Of a stretch of DNA of 64,000 bases, positions 31,202 through 40,399 are shown piece after piece; the first letter of the stretch is position 1; every line of letters starts with the position of its first letter. A model generated the notes under the pieces. The model saw only the letters and a program-made list of their open reading frames with translations, made no database searches and had not been told where the DNA came from. Position numbers and translations under genes: made by a program. The stretch is taken from the IMG/VR virus record IMGVR_UViG_3300027779_000002; one strand, written 5' to 3'. The stretch is from an uncultured virus (IMG/VR IMGVR_UViG_3300027779_000002). Lineage: Duplodnaviria > Heunggongvirae > Uroviricota > Caudoviricetes.

Positions 31202-31210
31202 TCTAATTTC

Positions 31211-31957
31211 TTATTTTTCTAAACGTTTTTCTAGCAATTTTAATGCTTCTACGCCTTCATCTGATTGAAGATAAGAAGATACAATATATAATGGGTCTTC
31301 ACCATATGGTATTGTAACCATTCGTTTTTTATTAGATGACGTATTAAAATGCACATCTCTTTTGTTGTTTTTGTAAATCAATAATTTATTATCAAAAAAC
31401 ATTTGAACTTTAGACTGTAATTTTAACATAGGGTCATTAACTATATTAATTAAATCTGCAGGATTATTTCTTGCAAAAACTAACATATCTCTTTTTAATT
31501 CTGCTGTAGTCATTTTATTAACATCTCCAAACAATACTCTACCAATCATTTCTAATTGAGAAATTGTCATTTGTCTAGCTAAAATTAAAGCATCTACCTC
31601 TGCATACATTATTTCAACATCATCAGCTGCTTCTTTTCCTTTATTAACTTCTTCAAACAAACCTCCATTTTGAGGATGTAAAGATAAAAACTTTTGTAAC
31701 ACTTGATTTTCTTTAACTACACTTAACATACCATCTTCAAAGATTATAGGTTCAAGTATAACGTTACCATCTTGTTCGTCTACGAAAGGAGACTTTTGGT
31801 TTTTTGCATAACGTAAAGGTTTATTAAGACCTTCGTTATTATCAAAATGCATTAAGGGAAATCTTTTACTATGTTGAGAAGCCAACATAAAAGCTAAAGG
31901 AGCTTTATCTCCTTTTAGTCTGTAGACTTTGTCTACGAATTCTATTTTTGTTTTCAT
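31211..31957 (-). CDS. hypothetical virion-module protein
   Basis: 248 aa directly downstream of the capsid gene. Confidence 0.55.
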   Translation of the reverse strand: MKTKIEFVDKVYRLKGDKAPLAFMLASQHSKRFPLMHFDNNEGLNKPLRYAKNQKSPFVDEQDGNVILEPIIFEDGMLSVVKENQVLQKFLSLHPQNGGLFEEVNKGKEAADDVEIMYAEVDALILARQMTISQLEMIGRVLFGDVNKMTTAELKRDMLVFARNNPADLINIVNDPMLKLQSKVQMFFDNKLLIYKNNKRDVHFNTSSNKKRMVTIPYGEDPLYIVSSYLQSDEGVEALKLLEKRLEK

Positions 31958-31978
31958 TTTATTATAATTTAATTTGAT

Positions 31979-32008
31979 TAAAAAAAAAGGGAGGAGGTTA
32001 ATCCTCCC
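31979..32008 (-). terminator. intrinsic terminator after major capsid gene
   Basis: GGGAGGA-TTAACC-TCCTCCC then about 10 U on - strand. Confidence 0.8.
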
Positions 32009-32026
32009 TCTTAATATATACTCTTA

Positions 32027-33481
32027 TTATGATTTAAATAAGAAGAAGTTGTTAGCTCCTAGAGTACAAACACATCTTTCAGATAGGAAGTTAACTTCCA
32101 TTGCATCTAAATCTTTGTTGCTTGCTCCACCTGCAGAACCTGTAATCCAAGACTTATAACGTCTGTCTTCAGCTTCTGATGCTCTATATCTAACATGTAA
32201 GAAAGGTCTCTTAGCGTTTTTACCAAGTATTTGGTCATAAACAGTAGTTGAGCCTGCAGGAACTAAAAGTCCGTTGATTGCTCCACCAATTAATCCACCT
32301 CTCATTGTTGGGTCATTTAAGTATTTCCACTCAGACTTGTAGAAGTCGTAACCTCTTCTGAATCCTGTGAAACCTAAATTTAACGCCATCTCCTCATCGT
32401 TATCAAATAGTCCATAAGATGAACCACCTGCTCCATAAGAATTTTGAGCTGCTAACATATCATCAATATCAAAAGAGAAGTTTCTGTTTACGAAAATTAC
32501 ATTTTCTTCAATAGAACCTTGCTTATCTAATCTTGAGATAATGCTATCAAACCCTGCTAAATCAGTAGGATTACCTGCACCCCAAACATTTCCTCTAGCT
32601 TCTACTACATAGAATACACCTTCAGAACCTTTGTTACCTGCATCTGCATAAACTGCTTGAGTAGCAACACCTGAACCTGCTTCTGCCGGTACAGCTTCTA
32701 CCATAGCTGTTTCTAAGTAATCATCGAAACGTAATCTAGTTTCGTGCTCTGATTTAAGATACCATAAATATCCATTCGCTCCATCTTCAGTTTGAATTTC
32801 AATCCATCCAATTTGTGCCATATCAGAACCTGATACTTGGTACTTATCTTTTAAGATAATTGGAGAGTTTTCGAAAATGAAATCGTTAGAAGTTAATCCA
32901 CCTTCCATTCCATTAACTCCTTTTTTGAATTCAGAACCATAAATAAATACAGATACTGTTCCTGCGTAAGCTGCTAATCCTGCTGCTTCGTAGAAACTAA
33001 CAGTAAATGTAGTAGCTGTTACAGCTGTTACGATACCTTTATTATTTAATGCAGAACCTACTGTATCATCAGAGACCATTACTGTTTGACCTTTTCTGAT
33101 ACCGATTTGTCCTGCTGCACCTGCGGGTGCTACTGAACCTGATGGTTGTCTTGCGGGGTCGATTTGAGCTGCGGGAACTGTAAACACTTCCGAAGCTGCA
33201 CCTGCACCTGCACCACCTAATACACAATTTACATATTTAATATGTAACCTTCCTTGCTCTGCCCATTTGATAAGGTCTGAGTTAGAAGGCATTTCAGCAC
33301 CAACCATTCTTAGGAATGATGATACTGTTCTATTACCATATCTCTCAAACTCTTTTTCATAAGTATCCGGTAGATACTGATTCAAAAAGTTAAATTGAGT
33401 ATTGGTAATATAATTTGACGACAACGCTACTTGCTGAGCACTTGGCTGCAATTGAAACGTTGGAGCTGCTAATACTGCCAT
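32027..33481 (-). CDS. major capsid protein
   Basis: 484 aa after portal and scaffold, followed by a strong terminator; W.EQGRLH and RPFLHVRYR motifs. Confidence 0.75.
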   Translation of the reverse strand: MAVLAAPTFQLQPSAQQVALSSNYITNTQFNFLNQYLPDTYEKEFERYGNRTVSSFLRMVGAEMPSNSDLIKWAEQGRLHIKYVNCVLGGAGAGAASEVFTVPAAQIDPARQPSGSVAPAGAAGQIGIRKGQTVMVSDDTVGSALNNKGIVTAVTATTFTVSFYEAAGLAAYAGTVSVFIYGSEFKKGVNGMEGGLTSNDFIFENSPIILKDKYQVSGSDMAQIGWIEIQTEDGANGYLWYLKSEHETRLRFDDYLETAMVEAVPAEAGSGVATQAVYADAGNKGSEGVFYVVEARGNVWGAGNPTDLAGFDSIISRLDKQGSIEENVIFVNRNFSFDIDDMLAAQNSYGAGGSSYGLFDNDEEMALNLGFTGFRRGYDFYKSEWKYLNDPTMRGGLIGGAINGLLVPAGSTTVYDQILGKNAKRPFLHVRYRASEAEDRRYKSWITGSAGGASNKDLDAMEVNFLSERCVCTLGANNFFLFKS

Positions 33482-33507
33482 AATTTTAATTTTTTTTTGT
33501 TAGACTA

Positions 33508-34596
33508 TTATTTTCTTTTCGCACTTTTAATCTTCAAACCTCGACCTGAATCGGTGTTTAAAGCTCTTACTCTCATTCCTCCTTGAGTAGTTCCTACTTC
33601 GGGTGTGTTTCTGACTCTCATATTTATATTTTTAGTTTTACGAACTACGTCAGTAACACCATCCGATTGACCTTGTTCATAAAAGAACTTGGCAAACTTT
33701 TCAGGATTCATGGCAAGTGATAAAGCTCTGTGGTATCCGTATGCGTCATCAATTTGACCTGAACTATCCATGAATTTATTTATAAAATTCAAAACATTAG
33801 ATTGTTTAGACATTAACTCTGATGCATCTCCCGGACTATAAGTGACATCTTTATCACCTAATTTAAACTCAAAACCTTTGAACTCATTTGAAAAAACTTC
33901 TTTGGTTTTTTGTTCAAATACCTCAGAATTTTTTCTAGCCGTTTCCTCTTTGCTTTTTGCACTCTTTGCAAATTGTTTATACTGTTCAAGTTCTTCACTA
34001 TTTTCAGAACCAACAACCGGTCTTGACTCAAGGGGTTGTTTATATTGTTCTTTCTGTTCGTTAAAATACTTTCTAGCTTTAACAACTGCTCTTTTTTTTG
34101 CTAGCTTTTTTTTATTTATCACTTGAGAATCATCTACATCTTCATCAAATCTGTAGTCATCTAATAATGCATCTACATCTTCTGAGTCAATAGCTTCGTC
34201 AGTTTCTAAAAAATATTCAGCTAACAAATTATCAGGTTGCATGTCATCAAAATCTCTGTTTAATTTAACATAGTCATTGATTCCTCTACCTGTTTCTTTT
34301 TTATATTTTAAAAAGGAAGATACATCTTCCGGCAAATCCGGCTGTTCTTCTCTTTCTTTTAATAAGTCTTCAAATGAATCGATAGACTTATTGTATCTTT
34401 TTTCTAAATAATCTTTTACTGAACTATCTGTCAGCTCAACATTATTTTCTTTTTTTTCTTCAACTTCTTGTGATTTTACACTTTCAGTTTTAGGTTGTTG
34501 TTGTAGAGCACTCTTATCCAAAAGCTCTTGCTCAATTTCAGCTCTTCCCTTTTCAGGTGCAGAAACTTCTCTTACTTTAATGTTTTCTAAATTCAT
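33508..34596 (-). CDS. putative capsid scaffolding protein
   Basis: acidic, helical, between portal and capsid. Confidence 0.6.
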   Translation of the reverse strand: MNLENIKVREVSAPEKGRAEIEQELLDKSALQQQPKTESVKSQEVEEKKENNVELTDSSVKDYLEKRYNKSIDSFEDLLKEREEQPDLPEDVSSFLKYKKETGRGINDYVKLNRDFDDMQPDNLLAEYFLETDEAIDSEDVDALLDDYRFDEDVDDSQVINKKKLAKKRAVVKARKYFNEQKEQYKQPLESRPVVGSENSEELEQYKQFAKSAKSKEETARKNSEVFEQKTKEVFSNEFKGFEFKLGDKDVTYSPGDASELMSKQSNVLNFINKFMDSSGQIDDAYGYHRALSLAMNPEKFAKFFYEQGQSDGVTDVVRKTKNINMRVRNTPEVGTTQGGMRVRALNTDSGRGLKIKSAKRK

Positions 34597-34618
34597 TTGA
34601 TTTAATTTTAATTTATTA

Positions 34619-34626
34619 CAAAGTTA
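34619..34626 (-). promoter_or_regulatory. -7 element TAACTTTG
   Basis: consensus match upstream of scaffold-capsid. Confidence 0.6.
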
Positions 34627-34654
34627 CACATTTACTTTCACTTTTTTTAATCTA

Positions 34655-37090
34655 TTATCTAGGGTCAAATTCAGCTAAATTAAAACCATCTAAACTATCC
34701 TCGTTAGATTCAAATGATTGCGGAGGTAGATTATTTTTCTTTTGATTTATTAAATTTGACTGTTGAGTATTTTGTTGACTAATCCTTGATGCTTTTGCTG
34801 ATTCTCTTTCTTTTTCTCTACTGCCTAAAGCTTCAGATTCTTGACCTTTTATTTGCATATTATACTGAAACTCTTTATCCATTAATTGAGCTTTTAACTC
34901 AGCTTCTATTTTCATTTTGTCAATTTCAAAAGCAATGTCAGCTTGACGATATTGCATTTTAGCTTGAGATTCAGCTTGTATTTTTTGCATAGATATTGCG
35001 GCTGCCATCTCTTGAGATTTCATATTAACATTAGCTTGCATTTGCATTTTCATTGCTTCTTTCTTTTGGTCTTCTTCAGCTTTTTGTCTACGCTTTAATT
35101 TTAACAATTGATTAGCTAATTTAATATTTCTTAACTCTCTAATATCAATAGCATCTTCAAGATTAATATCTGACTTAGATAAAGCCATTTGTATGTTTTG
35201 TTCTAACATAGCTTTTTGTTCTTCATCAGGAGAAACTTCAATAAAAATTCCAAAGTCATAAATATATAAATCAGATATTTCTTTTAATATAGAAGTATTG
35301 TATTTACCTATTTGATTTATAAGCTCTTCTTTAAAATCTGAATATTCTAAAACATCAGCAACTCTATAAGATAATGCTTCAGCTAAAGTTCTATAAACAT
35401 ATAATGCACCTTCTAAAATGTGTCTAGTTGCTACATTAGAATTTAATGCTGCTAATTTTTGTACACCAACCAATGCGTCAGGACTTGGAGTAGAACCATC
35501 TCTAGCTTCATTTAATCCCGTTACAGTTCTAATCATATCCATATAATGATTATAATTAGTAATTAACATTTGAGTTTTACTAGCTCCACTATTAGAAGTT
35601 AGTTGTTGAATAGGAACTCTAGCATTATTAAACTCACCATCTTGAGTATAACTTCTTCCTACTACACTACCTGTTTGGAAGTATAGTCTTAAAGCATCTT
35701 CAGGATTGTATGCATTTCCTGTGCCTAAATCAACTTCACTTAATCCATCAGCGTCTATAAAAACACCATCAGGAACTACTCTTGCAATTACTTGTTGTAA
35801 TTTTAAATGTGTAATTTGAATTAAATCTGCAAAGGGAATCATTCTTCTAGTTAATGATTCTATGTTTCCTTTATACATTCTAGGTGCTACTGCTACATAA
35901 TTAGAAATAGCATGCTGAGATGCAGACTTTGGTCTAACCATATTTTCAGCTAACTTCCATTTTAATATAAAGTTTGTTCCCATAACCATAACTCCTTCAT
36001 ACCAAACATCAATTCTTTTACTTACTTTTTCAAAGTTTCCTTCTTCCATTACATCAGCAGGAGGATTAAATTGGTCATCTTTTTCTATTACTCTTGAACC
36101 GCCGCCTTCTAATATTTTTTTCTTGTATACATATTCTTTAGTGGTTTTATAATTAAAATACATTAAAGTTGCTGTATCTCTATAAAATATACTGTTTTGA
36201 TAATACTGTGCTGTATTAAAATAATCATACCAAGATTGCCCGTATTTACTTATTTCTTCTAAATCTTCATTAGTTAAACTAGGGTCAATTTTAATTAATT
36301 CTGTAATAGCTACAGTTTTAATTTCTCCCCAATAAAAACAATCTTTAAAATGTTTGTCTTCAGTATAACTATAAACTAAATTTGCAGGGTCTACATAAGA
36401 AACCTCTACGCCTGAACCTTCTAAAAATTCATGTTTAGCACACCCAATACCAATAGTTGTAATATCATAATCAATTCTTTTACGAGTATCTTGATAATGG
36501 TTTTCTGCAAATAAAGTATTAATAGCTTCTTCTTCAGCAATTTCTACTGCAGGCTTATAATTTAAATTCATGTATAATGAAAGTTCTTCATCATTTTCAG
36601 GAAGACTATCAGCTTCAGTAATAAAAGGGTCAACACCAAAGTCTTTTTGTATATCCAATAGGATATCTTTACCTGCCATTTGTCCTTGAATTACATCTTG
36701 ATATTTACTTCTATTTTGTTGTGACAATGCGTCTTGAGCATAAGCTTCAACTTTAAAAAGTCTATCTGACATACCATTAACTACAATGTCTACAAATTTT
36801 GGAATAATAGGAACTATAGACCAATCTAAATTTAAATAACTTAAATCACCATCTACAGCTAATTCATTTTTATACTTACCAATGTTTTGCTCTCCTCTTG
36901 CGTATAGCCTAAGTCGATTAAAGTTTTCCCATTGGCTATAATATCTACTACCAACGCCATCTCTTCTAAACCATTCATATTGAATAGCCTGTCCTATTTG
37001 TAAACCAAACTCAACAGTTGCTTTTTCTGCATCAGAAACAAACTGACTCGGGAATCCTGTGGACGTTATATCTATCTTAATATCTTTCAT
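34655..37090 (-). CDS. portal protein
   Basis: 811 aa after terminase; PIIPKFVDIVVNG, TGLNEARDG, long C-terminal Q/M-rich coiled coil. Confidence 0.75.
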   Translation of the reverse strand: MKDIKIDITSTGFPSQFVSDAEKATVEFGLQIGQAIQYEWFRRDGVGSRYYSQWENFNRLRLYARGEQNIGKYKNELAVDGDLSYLNLDWSIVPIIPKFVDIVVNGMSDRLFKVEAYAQDALSQQNRSKYQDVIQGQMAGKDILLDIQKDFGVDPFITEADSLPENDEELSLYMNLNYKPAVEIAEEEAINTLFAENHYQDTRKRIDYDITTIGIGCAKHEFLEGSGVEVSYVDPANLVYSYTEDKHFKDCFYWGEIKTVAITELIKIDPSLTNEDLEEISKYGQSWYDYFNTAQYYQNSIFYRDTATLMYFNYKTTKEYVYKKKILEGGGSRVIEKDDQFNPPADVMEEGNFEKVSKRIDVWYEGVMVMGTNFILKWKLAENMVRPKSASQHAISNYVAVAPRMYKGNIESLTRRMIPFADLIQITHLKLQQVIARVVPDGVFIDADGLSEVDLGTGNAYNPEDALRLYFQTGSVVGRSYTQDGEFNNARVPIQQLTSNSGASKTQMLITNYNHYMDMIRTVTGLNEARDGSTPSPDALVGVQKLAALNSNVATRHILEGALYVYRTLAEALSYRVADVLEYSDFKEELINQIGKYNTSILKEISDLYIYDFGIFIEVSPDEEQKAMLEQNIQMALSKSDINLEDAIDIRELRNIKLANQLLKLKRRQKAEEDQKKEAMKMQMQANVNMKSQEMAAAISMQKIQAESQAKMQYRQADIAFEIDKMKIEAELKAQLMDKEFQYNMQIKGQESEALGSREKERESAKASRISQQNTQQSNLINQKKNNLPPQSFESNEDSLDGFNLAEFDPR

Positions 37091-39334
37091 TTATAAAATT
37101 TTGCTTAAAGTTCCTGTGTTAGTGTATGTTGCAAAGTTAATGCTTATTTTTGACTCTTTTTTGGTAGGTAAATAAAGGTGTTTTTGATTAGCCATAATAG
37201 CTAATCCTGAACTAATTGTAGCATCAAATTTAGTTCTATTTGATATGTCAAATTTTGCCCAATCTTCTAGTGTACGAATAAAAGGCATTATACCCATATC
37301 TTCACTATCTCTAAACGTTCCTTCAAAATCTAATCCAACATGTTTTTCAATATAAGACTCAATAGCAGATGCATGAGATTGTTTTACATCCTCACTTGAG
37401 TTAGGTATTCCACCTAATTCTCTTTCTGTTTTTGATAACTTATTAAATACTTTGTCAGGTCTATTCATACTAAAACCTCTGTATCCTCTGTTTTTAAAAT
37501 GATACAAAAGACGAGGTTTGTTATTTTCACATAATAAAGGCATACCATAAAAAACACATGCCATTAAAACATCTTCAAAAAATATCTCAGCTGTTTGTGG
37601 TCTAGCAACATATTCTAAAAAAAATTCGTTAGATGGTGCATCGTCCATATTAAATTTAGTCATACCATGTAAAGCTCCATTAGAACCTCCTCCTCCTACA
37701 ACTCCTGAGATATCATAACTATCACAACCAAAAGAACCTATATGTTCGTTAGAAGGATATTTTTTTCCATTCTTTATATAATACCTGTTTTGTAAAGATT
37801 TTTTCGGTGTCCATCCTACCATAAATCTTCCATTTCTATCAGGTCTAAACATTACTATAGAATCTTTAATACCATCTTTCCAATAAAAACTTCCTTTAGT
37901 AACATGATGTTCTATAATTAAAGAATCATTGTAATCAATTTGTTGATATATTTTTGTTAAATTAAATAATGACTGTTTGCTTTCATCACGAAAAGCATGA
38001 GACTCAGTTCTAGGAAATTGTCTGTAATATTCGTTTAATGCATCAGGGTCTGATTTTAATGAATCAACTTCATTTTGCCAATATTCAATAGCTCCAATTT
38101 TAATCATTGAATTATCTATTCCCAACAAAGGTGTCTTGGGTGTATATAAAACAGGCATTCCATATTTATCGATAAAACCTTCCATATTCCATTCCATAGG
38201 AATAAATAAATTATATAACCCTGATTTTGTTTGACCATTGGCATTTCTTTTTGTAGGGTCAGAATCTTCATAAAGATTTTTAAAATTTGCACCACCTTTT
38301 GATAACGCATTAGAAGTAGAACCCATCATGCATTTACCAATTATTTTACTACCTAATCGTAAACAAGTTTTAGTAACTCGCCAATTATTTAAAATATTAT
38401 TAGGCTTTAACCATTTACCGCTTTCATCATGAACTAATAATAATAATTTTTCACCATCATAAGAGTTATCATCTGTATTTTTCCAATCTATTGTAGTGTC
38501 TAATCCATCTAGTTCTTCAGCATCAACATTATACATATTTTTTTTTGTAATCTTAGATGCAGGAACTCTAAACGCTAATTCAGTTTTAGGTTTATCCATA
38601 CCATCTTGAATAGGTTTGAAAAAGAAAGGTAAATTAGTTCCTATTGGAACTACTTTGTCTGTAAACATTTTTTTTGCATCAGAACCTGTTTTAGATAATA
38701 TTCCAACTCTAGCATCTTTAGCTAATGTTCCTGTGTTTATACATTCAGAAGAACCCATAAAAGAAAATCCGGAACGTCTAATTTTTAAATAACATAATCC
38801 AAAACTTCTTATATCAGCCTTACAGGCTTCCCAATAAATAAAAAACCATCTATTAGCTTCTCTGTAATCAGGATAACCAATATCAATTTTAGTCCATTGT
38901 AAATAAACGTAATGCGAACCTGTAATATAAGTTGGCTTGCCATTATTATAGAACCAATGTCCATCTTCTCTACTATCAAATTCTTTTTCAATGTAATCTA
39001 TCCATTGATTTTTAAATATAGAAGGCATATCATTCCATTGAAATATAGATGAAATCCTTTTTAATACTTTTGGATATTCTTGTCTTTCCCAATATTGTTG
39101 AGATTTATCAGTATGTCTTTTAGTAATAATTTGAGGTTGTAATGGCAAAGCTATATCCACACCATTAATTTGTATAATATCTCCTATTTGACCTGTGCGA
39201 GAAATTATAACTATACCATACTTTTCATTAAATCCGTACTCCCAAGTTTTTGCTCTGTTTTTATTTGTCAAAACAGATTTAGGAATAATATCTACAAGTG
39301 TAGTGTATATTTTATTTAGACCTTCGTTCTGCAA
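37091..39334 (-). CDS. terminase large subunit
   Basis: KIRRSGFS Walker A variant, LVHDESGK Walker B, GCDSYD RNase H-like nuclease motif, FDATISSG. Confidence 0.85.
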   Translation of the reverse strand: MQNEGLNKIYTTLVDIIPKSVLTNKNRAKTWEYGFNEKYGIVIISRTGQIGDIIQINGVDIALPLQPQIITKRHTDKSQQYWERQEYPKVLKRISSIFQWNDMPSIFKNQWIDYIEKEFDSREDGHWFYNNGKPTYITGSHYVYLQWTKIDIGYPDYREANRWFFIYWEACKADIRSFGLCYLKIRRSGFSFMGSSECINTGTLAKDARVGILSKTGSDAKKMFTDKVVPIGTNLPFFFKPIQDGMDKPKTELAFRVPASKITKKNMYNVDAEELDGLDTTIDWKNTDDNSYDGEKLLLLVHDESGKWLKPNNILNNWRVTKTCLRLGSKIIGKCMMGSTSNALSKGGANFKNLYEDSDPTKRNANGQTKSGLYNLFIPMEWNMEGFIDKYGMPVLYTPKTPLLGIDNSMIKIGAIEYWQNEVDSLKSDPDALNEYYRQFPRTESHAFRDESKQSLFNLTKIYQQIDYNDSLIIEHHVTKGSFYWKDGIKDSIVMFRPDRNGRFMVGWTPKKSLQNRYYIKNGKKYPSNEHIGSFGCDSYDISGVVGGGGSNGALHGMTKFNMDDAPSNEFFLEYVARPQTAEIFFEDVLMACVFYGMPLLCENNKPRLLYHFKNRGYRGFSMNRPDKVFNKLSKTERELGGIPNSSEDVKQSHASAIESYIEKHVGLDFEGTFRDSEDMGIMPFIRTLEDWAKFDISNRTKFDATISSGLAIMANQKHLYLPTKKESKISINFATYTNTGTLSKIL

Positions 39335-39587
39335 ATCCTTGATTAGTGTTTATTTTTGTTTTTATTCCTTCAGTTTCTAATGCGTCTCTTTCTATTTCTA
39401 TTCTATTTAATATTTCAAAAGCATCAAATATTGCTAATTTTTTTGTAGCTGCTGCATTTTTTAATCTATCTGCAGATACATCATCTTCAGTTCCTGTAAC
39501 TATTTTTTCTTTTGCAACATTAATTAATTCTTCTACAGCTTTTTCAGCTGCATCAATTATTTTTAATTTAACTTCTTTGTTGCTCAT
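39312..39587 (-). CDS. helical protein upstream of TerL (terminase small subunit candidate)
   Basis: position and size only. Confidence 0.4.
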   Translation of the reverse strand: MSNKEVKLKIIDAAEKAVEELINVAKEKIVTGTEDDVSADRLKNAAATKKLAIFDAFEILNRIEIERDALETEGIKTKINTNQGFAERRSK

Positions 39588-40147
39588 AATTTAACTGTTA
39601 TAAATTTAGACATTATTCTATAAAGAAGAACACCATCTACAGTAAATTCATATTCACTATCAGGTTGAAAAGCAACTTCATCACCAACTTTAACTCCATA
39701 ATTTATAAGTTCTTGATTTGGATATTTAATTTTTCCAACTAAAGGTTCGTATTTTACTACTTTATCTAAATAATAATCTTTAGATTTTACCGGTTCTACA
39801 AAACAATATTTATCATGAGCAAACCACTCATCTCCTGATTTATATAAAAAAAATTGGTCGTTATCTATTAAAAATAAATTATCTTTAAAATAACTTTTAC
39901 CACTTTTTTCATATCCTTTCATATCGTAATATATTTTAAATACATTATGATGTACTAACAAAAGGTCGTTTATTTTTATAGGACCACAATAATTTAAAGG
40001 TAAAGAATTTACTTTAGCGAAACGATTTGAAAACTTATGGTCTTCTTGAGAAGTGCTTATTATAAAATCTACCTCTCCTAATTTTTTAGTATTATCGTAA
40101 CGCTTTCCTTTTAATGGTTCTACTATAAAGCTGTGAGGTGATTGCAT
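39584..40147 (-). CDS. protein with two GroES-like segments
   Basis: FIVEP...IKINDLLLV and CFVEP...GVKVGDEVAF..SEYEFTVDG..LYRI. Confidence 0.5.
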   Translation of the reverse strand: MQSPHSFIVEPLKGKRYDNTKKLGEVDFIISTSQEDHKFSNRFAKVNSLPLNYCGPIKINDLLLVHHNVFKIYYDMKGYEKSGKSYFKDNLFLIDNDQFFLYKSGDEWFAHDKYCFVEPVKSKDYYLDKVVKYEPLVGKIKYPNQELINYGVKVGDEVAFQPDSEYEFTVDGVLLYRIMSKFITVKL

Positions 40148-40162
40148 GTGATTTCATTAGAT

Positions 40163-40387
40163 TTAAAAATTTATATTATATTCGATTGATATTGGCATAG
40201 TGTGATTGAAAGACTTCCAAAGCTTTATTTCTTCTTTTTGAATTATGTAAATAGAAAAAGTTTGATTTTTTAAATCATGCTTAATTAAATGAATAACATA
40301 GTTACCACCTAAAACATCTTGACCTACTAAATAATGCATAGCTCCTGACTTATAATCAGGACCTACAGAAATCTTTCTTATGTCCAT
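40163..40387 (-). CDS. hypothetical protein
   Basis: 74-aa ORF in late operon. Confidence 0.55.
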   Translation of the reverse strand: MDIRKISVGPDYKSGAMHYLVGQDVLGGNYVIHLIKHDLKNQTFSIYIIQKEEIKLWKSFNHTMPISIEYNINF

Positions 40388-40399
40388 TATATTAAATTA

